From: Hyphomicrobiales bacterium
GTDB taxonomy: Bacteria > Pseudomonadota > Alphaproteobacteria > Rhizobiales > Beijerinckiaceae
Assembly: GCA_027483795.1 (NCBI GenBank)
Contig: JAIXTT010000093.1
Location: 4,238-68,237 of the forward strand
Length of the DNA: 64,000 bases
Direction: 5' to 3'
Below the pieces are notes generated by a model. It was given only the letters and a program-made list of their open reading frames with translations. It had not been told where the DNA came from and searched no databases. Position numbers and translations under genes: made by a program. Of this stretch, positions 1 through 10,890 are shown piece after piece (within the stretch, counting starts at the first letter, position 1; every line of letters starts with the position of its first letter).

Positions 1-596
1 TCTCGTCGCCCTCCGGCGCGGGAAAGACCACGCTGACCCGCCTGCTTCGCGACGAGGAGCCCAGCCTCACGCTTTCGATTTCCGTGACGACGCGGCAAAG
101 GCGTCCGAGCGAGGTCGACGGCGTTCATTATCGTTTCATCTCGGTCGAAGAATTCAAGGAGTTGCGCGATCGCGGCGATCTCCTCGAATGGGCGGAGGTT
201 CACGGCAATTTCTACGGTTCGCCGCGCAAGCCCATCGAAGCTTCGCTCGCCTCGGGCAACGACATCCTTTTCGACATCGATTATCAGGGCGCACAGCAGG
301 TCCGGTCCAATGCGCCGGGCGACGTCGTTTCGATCTTCATCCTCCCGCCGTCCATCCCGGAGTTGCGGCAGCGTCTCCTGCGCCGCGCCGAGGATTCGGA
401 GGACGTCATCGCCAAACGTCTGCAGAACGCCAAGATCGAGATCGAGCGCTGGCGCGAATATGATTACGTGCTGATCAATGACGACCTGTCACGCACGTTC
501 GCGCGGCTTCGGGCCATTCTGTCGGCGGAACGCCTCCGGCGCGACCGGCAGACGGGACTGGCCCGTTTCGTCGAAGGCCTGATGTCCGATCTCTGA
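1..596 (+). CDS. gmk: guanylate kinase (5' end outside window)
   Basis: The frame is open from base 3. It translates [14 protein letters not shown] (P-loop) ahead of listed ORF 84..596. [28 protein letters not shown] and DIDYQG blocks are typical of Gmk. Confidence 0.9.
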   Translation, partial: SSPSGAGKTTLTRLLRDEEPSLTLSISVTTRQRRPSEVDGVHYRFISVEEFKELRDRGDLLEWAEVHGNFYGSPRKPIEASLASGNDILFDIDYQGAQQVRSNAPGDVVSIFILPPSIPELRQRLLRRAEDSEDVIAKRLQNAKIEIERWREYDYVLINDDLSRTFARLRAILSAERLRRDRQTGLARFVEGLMSDL

Positions 597-1454
597 TCAG
601 GACGTCCGCAAGGCGCGGAGCGCGCGGGCGAGCGCGACGAAACCTTCGACCGGAACCGTCTCCGCCCGTGCGGTCGGGTCGATGCCCGCGGCGTCCGTCA
701 GAACGGCCGGATCGACGCCCAGAGGTTTCAGACTCTGCCGCAGCATTTTCCGACGTTGGCCGAAGGCCGCCGCCGTCACCGCGGAAAGATCCTTGCCCCG
801 GCAGGGCAGGGGTTCCGGACGCGGGATCAGACGGACGACCGATGAAGTCACCTTGGGCGGGGGCGTGAAGGCGGAGGGGGAGACGTCGAAGGCGATCTTC
901 GTCTCGCAGCGCCAATTGCAAAGAACCGCGAGGCGCCCGTAGTCCTTCGGATCGTCCGGCGTCGCCGTGATCCGCTCCGCCACCTCCCGCTGGAACATCA
1001 GCGTCAGGCTTTCGAAGAAGGGCGGCCAGGGCTCCGTCTCGATCCAGCGCACCAGGAGCTCGGTCCCGATATTGTAGGGAAGATTGGCGACGATCCGGAC
1101 GGTCTCGCCGGGGCGGATCAGCGTCGTCCAATCCGTTCGCAGCGCGTCTCCGGCCGTCACGTCGAGCCGCCCCGGATAGCGGGCGGCGATCTCGGCCAAA
1201 GCGGCGAGGCAGCGCTCGTCGCGCTCGACCGCGACCACCCGCGCCGCACCGCAGGCGAGCAGAGCGCGGGTCAGGCCGCCCGGCCCCGGGCCGACCTCGA
1301 TCACGGTCACGCCGTCGAGCGGGCCCGATGCGCGCGCGATCCGCGACGTGAGGTTGAGGTCGAGCAGGAAATTCTGGCCGAGGGATTTCTTGGCCGCGAG
1401 ACCGTGCGCGGCGATCACGTCGCGCAGCGGCGGCAGATCGTCGATCGCGCTCAT
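597..1454 (-). CDS. rsmA: 16S rRNA (adenine1518/1519-N6)-dimethyltransferase
   Basis: The internal ATG at 1454 of ORF 597..1652 gives [44 protein letters not shown] (SAM motif) and ANLPYNIGT. There is a 4-nt overlap with the pdxA stop. Confidence 0.92.
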   Translation of the reverse strand: MSAIDDLPPLRDVIAAHGLAAKKSLGQNFLLDLNLTSRIARASGPLDGVTVIEVGPGPGGLTRALLACGAARVVAVERDERCLAALAEIAARYPGRLDVTAGDALRTDWTTLIRPGETVRIVANLPYNIGTELLVRWIETEPWPPFFESLTLMFQREVAERITATPDDPKDYGRLAVLCNWRCETKIAFDVSPSAFTPPPKVTSSVVRLIPRPEPLPCRGKDLSAVTAAAFGQRRKMLRQSLKPLGVDPAVLTDAAGIDPTARAETVPVEGFVALARALRALRTS

Positions 1455-2452
1455 CGCGCCGCGCCCGCCCGCGCGGCGAGCTTGATCGCTTCGATCAGAC
1501 TGTCCGGCCGCGCGATTCCCTTGCCCGCGATGTCGAAAGCCGTGCCGTGATCCGGAGACGTCCTCACGAAGGGCAGGCCGAGCGTGACGTTGACGCCTTC
1601 GTCGAAGGCGAGGGTCTTCACGGGGATGAGCGCCTGATCGTGATAAGGGCAAAGCGCGACGTCATAGGTCGCCCGCGCCCGCTCATGGAACATCGTGTCG
1701 GCGGGCAATGGTCCGCGGATGTCGATCCCTTCCGCGCGCAGCCGTTCCACGCAGGGCCGAAGGACGTCCTCGTCTTCCCGCCCGATCGAACCGCCTTCGC
1801 CCGCATGCGGGTTCAGTCCCGCCAGCACGAGCCGGGGTTTGCCGCCGCCGTAACGCGGCCGATCGCGGGCGACGATCCGCGCGGTCTCCTCCACCAGTTC
1901 CGCCGTCAGAAGCGCGGGGACCCGCGCAAGCGGAACATGGATCGTGATCGGGACGACCGCGAGCATCCGCGACCAGATCATCATCACGGGCCGTACCTTG
2001 CGGCCCCAATGCCGTTCGGCCAATTCGCCGAGAAATTCGGTATGGCCGGGATGAACGAACCCGGCGGCATAGAGCACGGATTTGGCGATCGGATTGGTCA
2101 CCACCGCGCGAGCCCGCCCCGAAGCGACGTCGGCGACGGCCCGTTCCACGGACTCGATCGTCCCCGCCGCGGTCGCGGGATCCGGGCGTCCGGGCAGGGG
2201 AAGCGTGAACGACGCTTCGAGGGGAACGACGGGCAGCGCGCGGGAAAAGACCTCCGCAGCGGCTTCGGCTTCGACGACCTCGAAGGGGACGTCGAAGCCG
2301 AGACGATCGGCTTCTCTCGCGAGGAGTTCAGGCGAGGCGATCGCATAAAAGGCCGGAAAACCGGAATCTTCGCGCGCCTTTTGCCAGGCACGAAGAATGA
2401 TTTCGGGGCCGATGCCGGCCGGATCGCCCTGCGTGACGGCGAGAGGGGTCAT
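1451..2452 (-). CDS. pdxA: 4-hydroxythreonine-4-phosphate dehydrogenase
   Basis: The internal ATG at 2452 of ORF 1451..2614 gives [28 protein letters not shown] and [13 protein letters not shown], which are PdxA signatures. The start overlaps the lptD stop by 4 nt. Confidence 0.92.
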   Translation of the reverse strand: MTPLAVTQGDPAGIGPEIILRAWQKAREDSGFPAFYAIASPELLAREADRLGFDVPFEVVEAEAAAEVFSRALPVVPLEASFTLPLPGRPDPATAAGTIESVERAVADVASGRARAVVTNPIAKSVLYAAGFVHPGHTEFLGELAERHWGRKVRPVMMIWSRMLAVVPITIHVPLARVPALLTAELVEETARIVARDRPRYGGGKPRLVLAGLNPHAGEGGSIGREDEDVLRPCVERLRAEGIDIRGPLPADTMFHERARATYDVALCPYHDQALIPVKTLAFDEGVNVTLGLPFVRTSPDHGTAFDIAGKGIARPDSLIEAIKLAARAGAAR

Positions 2453-4956
2453 TGCTGCGGGGCGGCGCCGCCGGCGCTCCCGACGCTCTGCGTAACGCGG
2501 GTCGCGCCGAGCGTCCGAAGTTCGAGGCGCAGCATCACCGACTGGACGCGATCCTGCGTGCCCTCCGCCGCATTCCGCGCGCTGTTCGAATAGACGAGCT
2601 CGACGAGCGTGCATTCGTCCCGGTAACCGGCGCCGAGCGCCATGCCCGCCATGGCGGCGCGTCCGGTCTTGGCCGTGGTGTCGCTCAGGCCCTGGAGTTC
2701 CTGCTTCGCGAGATGCCGCGTGAGATCGAGCGAGACGCCGCCGAAGAGATACCAGTTCTGGTCGACATTGAGCCGCGAAGAGGCCATGACGCCCTCGCGG
2801 CGATGGAAATAGCCGAGATCGGGCTGTGCGTCGTAACGACCATAGACGAGATTGGTCGACAGACGACCGTAGGTCGCGCTCGACTGTATTTCGAGTCTGC
2901 GAAGCGCGAGCGTTTCCTCGTCGAAGCGGCCGCGTGCCGAAAAGGAATAGTTCGACGAGGGGACGAGCTGGATGCGACCGACATAATCCGCGTGCCGCTT
3001 GTCGAGTCCCGTTCCCGGACCGGTGACCGCGATGCCGCCGTTCTTGAACGAGTTGTAGCCCGCGAGTTGATGCGACTGACCGACCAGAGCGTTCAGATAG
3101 GCGCCGCGCGCCATCGTATAGGTGTAGGACGCACCGACATTGGCGCGCGTACCGCCCTCGATCCGGTCGAAGCCCGAGAATTTGTCGACCGCGAAGAGGT
3201 TCGTGTCGTCATAGACGAGGCTCTGCGCGTCTTCGTTCGGCACGCGGTTCACCCGCGTCTCCCCGGGGCGGACGATGATCTGCGCGATGGGCTCGAGAAC
3301 ATGGGCTCCGCCCGCCGAGGCCGCGACGAAGGGAAACCGATAGGTCATGCCCATCGTCGCCATCGAGCGCAGGAACGGATCGTTGTCGGACGTCAGGAAG
3401 GTCGTCTGCTCGGCGTTCCCCCCGCCGTTCGTGTCGAGGCTCGCATAGGTCAGGTCGCCGCGAAGCGAAGTGAACGGCGTCCAGGATTGGCCGACGGGGT
3501 CGATCCAGCTGCGACGCCATGCCAATTCCGTCGTCGCGCGGCTGTAGGATCCGGCGATGCCGCGGATGTAGCAGGACGCCACGTCGAAGCGGCCGGGAAG
3601 GCAGGTGTCACCGCGACTGTCCTGATAGCGGCCGGAAACGGTCGTTCCGTTGCGCGTGGTGACGAGGCTTCGATAATCGGCCTCGTTCCTCGTCAGGCTC
3701 GTGACGTTCATCGTCAATCGGGTCTCGCCCGCGAAGGCCCAAGGCGTCTCGAAGCGCCGATCGTAATCGACGACGGGAGTGACGACGGGCTGACGATCCT
3801 GCGGGTCGCCGGCCGTCAACGTCTTGAAGTAGAAGCCGCGCGCATCGAACAGGCTCGCCTCGCCCCGACCCGAAAGATAGAAGGTGGAGGTCGAAGCCTG
3901 CAGCGCATTGGTGTTGAAGGCCCGGAGGCTCTCGCTGCGGATCCGGTAGTTGCGCAGGAACCACTTGTCCGAGAGCAGCGCGAGATCCCAGCCCCAACGC
4001 CACTTCTCGTTGATCAGGAACATGCCCTTGGTTTCGAACGAGCCCCGGAAATCGCGATCGCCCGCTCCGTCGGGGCCCGGGAGGAACGCGCTCTTGTCCT
4101 GCTGCGAAATGCCGGCCACGCGCACGTTGTAGCCGCCCGTCTCGAGGCGATGCCGCCATTCGAGCTGGCCGAGCACCCCCTGCCGGGAGAGGAGCGTGGG
4201 CGTGATCGTCAGGTCGTAATTCGGCGCGATCGCCCAGAAATACGGAACGCTGATCCCGGTTCCCAACTGCGAATTCGCGATGTAGCGGGGCGGCAGGATG
4301 CCGCTCTTCCGCTTCACCGTCGCGTCGGGCGCGGAGAGATAAGGAAGCCAGAAGACCGGATAGCCGACGACGTCGAGCGTCGGGTTCTCGTAATAGATCA
4401 TCCGCTCGTCGTTCTTGTGGATGATCCGGGTCGCGCGGACCTGCCAGAGCGGCGGCTTGACGGGGTCGTCCTTGCAGGGCTCGCAGGCCGTGTAGATCCC
4501 GCTCTCGAAGACGGTGGTCTGGCCGTCCGTGCGTTCGGCGCGCGGGGCCGAGAGCCGCGTCTTGTCCGGCGCGACCGTCCTCACGCTGTCGATGAAGCCG
4601 TCGCGGAAATCGTCGGTCAGCTCGAAGCGGTCGCCGTAGACGATCTGTCCCGACGGCTCGCGCAGAACGGTGTTTCCCGTCGCGATGACGCGCTTCGTCT
4701 TCTGGTCGAAGGTGACCTTGTCGGCTTCGAGAACCTTGCCCTGATGATGGATATGAACGTCGCCGACGGCGGAGACGCGATCCTTGTCACGGTCGTAGAC
4801 GATCTCGCGGGCTTCGACGAGCATCCGCTTGTCGCCCGTCTGCGCACGGTTGCTCAGCCGCTCGGACAAGCTCTGCCCGAACGCCGGCCCCGACATGAGG
4901 AACAATGCCGCGAGGATCGCGGCCCGCCTCGTTTGCGCAGGCGAATGCGCCAACAC
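2449..4956 (-). CDS. lptD: LPS-assembly outer membrane protein LptD
   Basis: 835-aa ORF with signal peptide [17 protein letters not shown], an OstA-like N-terminal domain and a large aromatic-rich beta-barrel region. It sits next to lptG/lptF. The start is GTG 4956 or TTG 4953, with GGAGG just upstream. Confidence 0.88.
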   Translation of the reverse strand: MLAHSPAQTRRAAILAALFLMSGPAFGQSLSERLSNRAQTGDKRMLVEAREIVYDRDKDRVSAVGDVHIHHQGKVLEADKVTFDQKTKRVIATGNTVLREPSGQIVYGDRFELTDDFRDGFIDSVRTVAPDKTRLSAPRAERTDGQTTVFESGIYTACEPCKDDPVKPPLWQVRATRIIHKNDERMIYYENPTLDVVGYPVFWLPYLSAPDATVKRKSGILPPRYIANSQLGTGISVPYFWAIAPNYDLTITPTLLSRQGVLGQLEWRHRLETGGYNVRVAGISQQDKSAFLPGPDGAGDRDFRGSFETKGMFLINEKWRWGWDLALLSDKWFLRNYRIRSESLRAFNTNALQASTSTFYLSGRGEASLFDARGFYFKTLTAGDPQDRQPVVTPVVDYDRRFETPWAFAGETRLTMNVTSLTRNEADYRSLVTTRNGTTVSGRYQDSRGDTCLPGRFDVASCYIRGIAGSYSRATTELAWRRSWIDPVGQSWTPFTSLRGDLTYASLDTNGGGNAEQTTFLTSDNDPFLRSMATMGMTYRFPFVAASAGGAHVLEPIAQIIVRPGETRVNRVPNEDAQSLVYDDTNLFAVDKFSGFDRIEGGTRANVGASYTYTMARGAYLNALVGQSHQLAGYNSFKNGGIAVTGPGTGLDKRHADYVGRIQLVPSSNYSFSARGRFDEETLALRRLEIQSSATYGRLSTNLVYGRYDAQPDLGYFHRREGVMASSRLNVDQNWYLFGGVSLDLTRHLAKQELQGLSDTTAKTGRAAMAGMALGAGYRDECTLVELVYSNSARNAAEGTQDRVQSVMLRLELRTLGATRVTQSVGSAGGAAPQQ

Positions 4957-4983
4957 GTCCTCCGATATGCCCGCCGCCGCGGA

Positions 4984-6069
4984 TCAACCGTCTTCCTGAT
5001 GGAGGAGAGCCAAGGCTCCGAGCAAACCGCCGACCAATGCGGGCGACCATGCCGCGACCGCCGTCGACAGGATTCCGGCCGCCCCGAGATCCTCCGCCAT
5101 CTTGGTCGCCACATAGAGCATGAACCCGGCCGCAACGCCACTCAAAACCATGCGCGCCACCCCGCCGAACCGGAAGAAGCGGAGCGAAACCGAAGCGGCG
5201 ATCAGGACCATCGCGACGAAAAGAAGCGGCCTCGCGAGCAGGGCGTTGAACTGTTGCCGATATCGCGTCGAGTCGAGGCCCGCGAGTTCGGTGCGCTTGA
5301 TCCAGGCGGGAAGCGACCAGAACGGCACGGTGTCGGCCGCCGCGAAGGATTGCCGAAGCTGTTCGCGGCTGAGATTGCTGGCGAGAAGGAAGGTTTCGTG
5401 TCGCTCGGGCTCGTTGCCCGGCGACGTCACCCGCGCGTCGGAAATCGACCAGACGCCCGCCTCGAGTCGGGCGCGCGTGCCTTCGATGCGCTGCATGAAG
5501 GCGCCCTGCGGATTGAACGCGAAGACCGTCAGGCCCCCGATTTCGCCCGCGGCGAAGTCCGCCGTCGAGGCGCGGATGATCGCCTGCCCGTCAACGCTTT
5601 TCTGCCGGATCCAGATATCGCCCGTGCTCGGTCGACTCTGATTGAACAACTTGTTCTCGATCGAGGCGGCGCGCTCCTTGAGCAGCGCGGAAACGGGGTT
5701 GTAGGCCCCGACCATCAACGCGCCGAGGACTCCGGCCACGATGAGCGGAGAGGACAGGAACTGCCAGGCGGAAATGCCCGCGGCCCGAGCGACGACGAGT
5801 TCGAGCTTCCGTGAAAGTTCGAGCAGCGCCACCATCCCGCCGAAGAGAACCGCGAAGGGGAAGACCTGCTCGGCGACCGCGGGCGTCCGGAACAACGCGA
5901 GGCGCGCGAGGACGGCGGCGGTCGCATGCGGAACGTCCCCGGTGCGACGGACGAGTTCGACGAAATCGAGCGTGTAGATCAGCAGGAAAACCGTCAGGAA
6001 GACGACGGCGATCGCCCGTGCGAAGCGCCGGGCGATGTAGAGGCCGAGCGTCGACGTCGCGAAGGTCAT
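4984..6069 (-). CDS. lptG: LPS export ABC transporter permease LptG
   Basis: The internal ATG at 6069 gives MTFATSTLGLYIARRFARAIAVVFLTVFLLIYTLDFVE, the LptF/LptG permease architecture. It overlaps the lptF stop by 4 nt. Confidence 0.88.
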   Translation of the reverse strand: MTFATSTLGLYIARRFARAIAVVFLTVFLLIYTLDFVELVRRTGDVPHATAAVLARLALFRTPAVAEQVFPFAVLFGGMVALLELSRKLELVVARAAGISAWQFLSSPLIVAGVLGALMVGAYNPVSALLKERAASIENKLFNQSRPSTGDIWIRQKSVDGQAIIRASTADFAAGEIGGLTVFAFNPQGAFMQRIEGTRARLEAGVWSISDARVTSPGNEPERHETFLLASNLSREQLRQSFAAADTVPFWSLPAWIKRTELAGLDSTRYRQQFNALLARPLLFVAMVLIAASVSLRFFRFGGVARMVLSGVAAGFMLYVATKMAEDLGAAGILSTAVAAWSPALVGGLLGALALLHQEDG

Positions 6070-7217
6070 GGATGACGCCCCGTCGCGACGGGGGCGGGCG
6101 TCGTCCGACCGGAACGGTTCCATCGCCCGAGGAGCGCGTCGCCCTTCATCGTCACGCCCGCCGCGACCGCGATCGAAACGAGGGGAACGAGATAGGCGGC
6201 GGGCACCACTTCGGGATGTCGGATGATGAGGCTCGACACGGCGAAGCCGAGGATGCGGACGGCGACGATCGCGGCGACGGCCGCCGCCATCGCGATCCCC
6301 CGTCCCTGCCGGGTGGTCCGCGCCGCTCCGACGGCCGCGAAGGCGATGGCCGCGAAGGCGATGGGGTAGAGCGGAGCCGCGAGCCGATCATGCAGTTCGG
6401 CGCGGAAACGTCCCCATTGAGCGGCCGGGACCTGCTCCGGCTTTTCCGAGCGCAGAAGCTGTAGCGTCGATTGCTCTCGCGGCTTGTTGTAGACGCCGCC
6501 CTGAGCGTCCCCGCCGAATTGGCTGAGATCGAAGGCGTAGCGCTGGAAGCCGACGATCTGCGGGTTCGACGAACCGGAGGCCTCGCGCTGCACGCTCCCG
6601 TTTTCGAGGATGAGATAGGACATGCCCTCGGTCTCGATCGTCTGCCCCCTTTCGGCGACATAGACCATCGTGCGCTCGGGATCGCGCCGATCCTGAATGA
6701 AGATGCCTTGCAGGGCGTCGCCCGCCTTTTCGCGGAAATGAAAGATGATGCCCCGGTCGAGCTGCGTGAACTGACCTTCCCGCACGATGTTGGAGACGAC
6801 GTCGGCGCGGATACGGCTCATGAGATCGCGCAGCGATTGGAAGCTCGCGGGCATCACGACGATGGTGAGCCAGCCGACGAGGAGGGAAACGATCGCCGTC
6901 AGCAGGAAGAGCGGGCGCGCCGTACGGAGCGGACTCATGCCCGCGGCGTTCATGACGATGAGCTCGCTGTCGCCGCCGAGCCGGTTCAGCGTGTAGAGAA
7001 CCGAGATGAACAGCGCCACGGGCGCGATGACGGTGATCAATGCCGGAAAGGAGAGGCCCGTCACCGTCAGAAAGATCAGGATCGTCTGGCCCTTCGCCGT
7101 CACGAGATCGAACTCGCGGACCGCCTGACTGATCCAGACGACCGCCGCCAGAACCAGCAGCGTCGCCGCGCAGGCGGCGAAGGCGATCCTGAAGATGTAA
7201 CGCTCGATCAGCGGCAT
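6066..7217 (-). CDS. lptF: LPS export ABC transporter permease LptF
   Basis: MPLIERYIFRIAFAACAATLLVL with six predicted TM segments. It is paired with lptG and divergent from pepA, which is conserved proteobacterial synteny. Confidence 0.88.
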   Translation of the reverse strand: MPLIERYIFRIAFAACAATLLVLAAVVWISQAVREFDLVTAKGQTILIFLTVTGLSFPALITVIAPVALFISVLYTLNRLGGDSELIVMNAAGMSPLRTARPLFLLTAIVSLLVGWLTIVVMPASFQSLRDLMSRIRADVVSNIVREGQFTQLDRGIIFHFREKAGDALQGIFIQDRRDPERTMVYVAERGQTIETEGMSYLILENGSVQREASGSSNPQIVGFQRYAFDLSQFGGDAQGGVYNKPREQSTLQLLRSEKPEQVPAAQWGRFRAELHDRLAAPLYPIAFAAIAFAAVGAARTTRQGRGIAMAAAVAAIVAVRILGFAVSSLIIRHPEVVPAAYLVPLVSIAVAAGVTMKGDALLGRWNRSGRTTPAPVATGRHP

Positions 7218-7361
7218 GCGCTCGCCTCGCCTCGGGGGCCGCGGTGAACCGTCGCGCCCGACGATGGGGACGCGTGGCGCGGAGCCGTTTTGCGACGGCG
7301 GCTTCAGCCTTTAAACCATGGTGTGGTTCGATTCCATCCTTCGCCTCCGGAGAACGTCAGC

Positions 7362-8864
7362 ATGTCGGTTCGTCTGAAAGTCGGTTTCGCCTCTCAGGTC
7401 CTCCCCGCCTCGGGAACGCTGGTGCTGTTCGTAGGGGACGATCTCGTCCTTCCGCACCACGTCGCCGAACACATCGGGCCCGCCGCCGTCGAGGGCTTCG
7501 CTCGGGCCGCCGCCGCGGAAAAATTCAAGGGCAAGGCGAAGTCCGCGCTGGTCGTTCCCGCGCCCGCCGGACTTCAGGCCGATCGTCTGGTCGTGATCGG
7601 TCTCGGTCGGGCTTCGGACCGCGAAAAGACCGACGCCGTCGCGCTGGGCGGCGCGATGTTCGCCAAGATCGGCTCGCCACGCCACGCGAAGGTGCTGGTG
7701 TCCGGCCCGGCGGATTGGCCGCACGGCCCCGAGATCGCGGCCGACCTCGCGCTGGGCGCGTCGCTGCGGGCCTATTCCTTCGATCGCTACAAGACCAAGA
7801 AGGGCGACGACGAAGAGAAGGATGCGCCGCAGACGCTGAGCTTCGGCGTCGAGGATCCGGCCGCTGCGAAGAAGGCTTGGAAGACGCGGGACGCCGTCGC
7901 GCGCGGCGTCGTGACCGCCCGCGATCTCGTCAACGAGCCGCCCAACGTCCTCCACCCGGAGGAATTCGGCAAGCGGGCGGCCGAGCTTTCGGAGCTCGGG
8001 GTCGAAGTCGAAATCCTCGACGAGAAGCAGCTCTCCAAGATCGGGATGCGCGCGCTTCTCGGCGTCGGCCAAGGTTCGACGCGCGAGAGCCGCGTCGTCG
8101 TGATGCGTTGGAACGGCGCGAAGAAGAAGGGCGTCGCTCCGGTCTGCTTCGTCGGCAAGGGCGTCTGCTTCGACACGGGCGGCATCTCGATCAAGCCAGC
8201 GGGCGGCATGGAGGACATGAAGGGCGACATGGCGGGCGCCGCCTGCGTCGTCGGCCTCATGCAGGCGCTTGCGGCGCGCAAGGCCAAGGTCGACGCCGTG
8301 GGCCTGATCGGCCTCGTCGAGAACATGCCGGACGGCAACGCCCAACGGCCGGGAGACATCGTCGCCTCGCTCTCGGGCCAGACGATCGAGATCATCAACA
8401 CCGACGCGGAAGGCCGCCTCGTTCTCGCGGATGTGCTCTGGTACGCCAAGGAGCGCTTCAAGCCCGCCTTCATGGTCGATCTCGCGACGCTGACGGGCGC
8501 GATCATGATCGCGCTCGGTCAGGAGAATGCGGGTCTCTTCTCGAACGACGACGCGCTCGCCGAACGCCTCTCCGCGGCCGGAACGGTCACGGGCGAAACG
8601 GTCTGGCGGATGCCGCTCGGCCCGGCCTACGACAAGCTCATCGACTCGAAATTCGCCGACATGAAGAACACCGGCGGCCGCCATGGCGGCTCGATCACGG
8701 CGGCGCAATTCCTCAAGCGCTTCGTCGGCGATACGCCTTGGGCGCATCTCGACATCGCGGGGACGGGCATGGGTTCGCCCGCCTCCGACGTCAACCGGAG
8801 CTGGGCCTCCGGCTGGGGCGTTCGCCTGCTCGACCGTCTCGTCGCCGATTATTACGAGGGTTGA
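7362..8864 (+). CDS. pepA: leucyl aminopeptidase (M17)
   Basis: ATG 7362 lies after [31 protein letters not shown] and [12 protein letters not shown] are M17 metal-site motifs. Confidence 0.93.
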   Translation: MSVRLKVGFASQVLPASGTLVLFVGDDLVLPHHVAEHIGPAAVEGFARAAAAEKFKGKAKSALVVPAPAGLQADRLVVIGLGRASDREKTDAVALGGAMFAKIGSPRHAKVLVSGPADWPHGPEIAADLALGASLRAYSFDRYKTKKGDDEEKDAPQTLSFGVEDPAAAKKAWKTRDAVARGVVTARDLVNEPPNVLHPEEFGKRAAELSELGVEVEILDEKQLSKIGMRALLGVGQGSTRESRVVVMRWNGAKKKGVAPVCFVGKGVCFDTGGISIKPAGGMEDMKGDMAGAACVVGLMQALAARKAKVDAVGLIGLVENMPDGNAQRPGDIVASLSGQTIEIINTDAEGRLVLADVLWYAKERFKPAFMVDLATLTGAIMIALGQENAGLFSNDDALAERLSAAGTVTGETVWRMPLGPAYDKLIDSKFADMKNTGGRHGGSITAAQFLKRFVGDTPWAHLDIAGTGMGSPASDVNRSWASGWGVRLLDRLVADYYEG

Positions 8865-8873
8865 TCCCGCGCG

Positions 8874-9326
8874 ATGCCGGAAACCTTCTTCTACCATCTG
8901 CAGAGCCGGCCGCTCGAAGGCGTGTTGCCCGCCCTGCTCGAGAAGACGCTGGACCGCGGCTGGAAGGCCGTGGTGCAGGCCATGACCCCCGAGCGGGTCA
9001 CGGCCCTCGACGCGCATCTGTGGTCGTATTCGGAGGAAGGCTTCCTGCCGCATGTCGCGGACGGGGAGCCCGTCACCGATGACGACCCGATCGTGCTGAC
9101 CGTGTCCGACGCCAATCCCAACGGCGCGGAGGTCCGCTTCCTCGTCGAAGGCGCTCCGTTGCCGCCGGACGCCGCCGTCTATGCGCGTCTCATCGTGCTC
9201 TTCGACGGCAACGACGAGGACGCTCTGGCGCGGGCGCGTGATCAATGGAAGGAGGCCAAGGCCGCGGGGCATGACGCGACCTATTGGCAGCAGAGCGACG
9301 CCGGTCGCTGGGAGAAGAAGGCATGA
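8874..9326 (+). CDS. holC: DNA polymerase III subunit chi
   Basis: MPETFFYHLQSRPLEGVLPALLEKTLDRGWKAVVQ. The size and the position directly after pepA match HolC. Confidence 0.85.
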   Translation: MPETFFYHLQSRPLEGVLPALLEKTLDRGWKAVVQAMTPERVTALDAHLWSYSEEGFLPHVADGEPVTDDDPIVLTVSDANPNGAEVRFLVEGAPLPPDAAVYARLIVLFDGNDEDALARARDQWKEAKAAGHDATYWQQSDAGRWEKKA

Positions 9327-9727
9327 GAGGCTTCACCGGATCCGCCGCGTTCGCGGCCGTCGCCGTGCTCCTCGCGGGTTGCGTTTCGAGCGCGCCTCCC
9401 GCTCCGCGGTCTCCCGCAGCACCGGTCGCCGCCGCTCCCGTCGCCGCCGCGCCGCGCGGGCCGGTCGTTGCGGAGGACGGGCGCTGCACGGCCCCGGTCG
9501 CCGTGGATCTCGCGGCGCTTCGCCTGCGCACGAGCGACGCACAGCTCTCAGGTCTCACGGAATGCGAACTCGTCGCGCTGAAGGGCCCGCCGCTCAGCGT
9601 GCAGACGGGTTCGAGCCCGCAGGCCAAGCGCGAGACGACGATGCTCTACATGGAGGCCTCCGGCAAGGCGATCTACCTCTTCGCCGATGATCGTCTGGTC
9701 CGCGTGGTGCGCGCGGGCGCGCAGTGA
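9323..9727 (+). CDS. hypothetical lipoprotein
   Basis: ATG 9323 overlaps the holC stop (ATGA). MRGFTGSAAFAAVAVLLAGC is a lipobox. Third-codon positions are GC-rich. I recognise no functional family. Confidence 0.55.
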   Translation: MRGFTGSAAFAAVAVLLAGCVSSAPPAPRSPAAPVAAAPVAAAPRGPVVAEDGRCTAPVAVDLAALRLRTSDAQLSGLTECELVALKGPPLSVQTGSSPQAKRETTMLYMEASGKAIYLFADDRLVRVVRAGAQ

Positions 9728-10890
9728 GTTCGACCGCAGACGACGGCTTCATCGATCCGCTCGCGCGGCGCGAATATCTGCGTCTGGGGCTCGCGACCCT
9801 GCTCGTCTATTTCATGAACGCGCATGCCGCGTTGCTCGCGGTCGTCTTCGCGGGGAACGGCATTCCGCTTCCGGAAATCGGTCTCCTGCTCTCTCTCTAC
9901 GGCGTCCCCGTCGTGGTGATCACCTTCCTCACGGGCGCGGTTTCGGCGCGACTGGGCAGTCTGGGAACGACGCGGCTCGGCATCGCCGTGATGACCGTCG
10001 GTTTCGGCAGCCTCCAATGGACCGCGGACTCCTTCTGGCCCGCGCTCGCCTCGCGTCTCGTCTGGGGGATCGGTTACGGCCTCGTCTTCTCGCCGCTCTT
10101 CACCTATGCGCAGAGCCGGCTCACGCCCGCGCGCTTCGTCTATCTCCTCGGCGTCTTCTCCTCGATGGCGCCGCTCGCCCAAGCCTTCGGTCCGCCTTGG
10201 GCGGAATGGGTTCTGGCGCGGGGCGGGGAGGACGTCCTCTTTCTCGGCGGCGCGGCGGCGGGCGCGCTCGGTCTCGCATTGACGGCGGGTCTGCGCCCGC
10301 TCGCCAAGCCGGCGGCGTCGCAGGGCCTCGCCCTCGGACCCGCCTTCGCCCCGCAACGCCGCCTCGCGCTCGTGGCGATCTTCGTTTCCGGATGCCTGTT
10401 CGGCTATCTCGCCTCCTACATGGCCCCGACCCTGCAGGCGAAGGGCGTCGCCATCGGCTGGTTCTTCGTCTCGTCGACCGCCGCGATGTTCGCCTCCCGC
10501 TTTCTGGCGCTGCGCCGGATCGAGGATTTCGAACCACGCGCGGTCGTTGCCGCTGGACTACTGCTGATGGGCGTCGGTTTCGCGCTCGTCGCGGCAGGGT
10601 CGAGCGCTTGGACGGCGGCGGGCGGCGGACTGATCTTCGGGACGGGCTACAGCGCCGTCTATCCCGTGCTCTCGGCGATGATCAGCCGCGGCCTCGAAGC
10701 GCGCGACAGGTCCGGACCGCAGGCCGTCTTCAACGCCGTCTTCACCGTCGGGCTGAACTGGATGCCGCTCGCCGTCACCTTCGTGATCGCCGGGTTCGGC
10801 TACGACGTCGCCTTGGCGTCGCTCGCGGCGCTGGGCGTCGCCATGGCGGGCGTGATGTTCGCGATCGCCGCGCGAGCAAGGTCAGGCTGA
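9724..10890 (+). CDS. MFS transporter
   Basis: The GTG start overlaps the preceding stop (GTGA). The 388-aa product has about 12 hydrophobic segments and a central loop, which is an MFS-like organisation. Confidence 0.75.
   Translation: MSSTADDGFIDPLARREYLRLGLATLLVYFMNAHAALLAVVFAGNGIPLPEIGLLLSLYGVPVVVITFLTGAVSARLGSLGTTRLGIAVMTVGFGSLQWTADSFWPALASRLVWGIGYGLVFSPLFTYAQSRLTPARFVYLLGVFSSMAPLAQAFGPPWAEWVLARGGEDVLFLGGAAAGALGLALTAGLRPLAKPAASQGLALGPAFAPQRRLALVAIFVSGCLFGYLASYMAPTLQAKGVAIGWFFVSSTAAMFASRFLALRRIEDFEPRAVVAAGLLLMGVGFALVAAGSSAWTAAGGGLIFGTGYSAVYPVLSAMISRGLEARDRSGPQAVFNAVFTVGLNWMPLAVTFVIAGFGYDVALASLAALGVAMAGVMFAIAARARSG

Noticed and set aside
2452-5814. A 1120-aa ORF on the plus strand spanning lptD and lptG.
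   Set aside because: It is exactly antisense to two well-supported genes. It is extremely Arg/Gly/Asp/Ala-rich and carries no recognisable motifs. Such ORFs are the expected by-product of stop-codon depletion in high-GC DNA.
7244-9272. A 612-aa plus-strand ORF (7244..9082) and a 653-aa minus-strand ORF (7311..9272) overlapping pepA/holC.
   Set aside because: These are an alternative frame and an antisense frame of pepA, which itself carries unmistakable M17 motifs. Their translations are Arg-rich low-complexity sequence.
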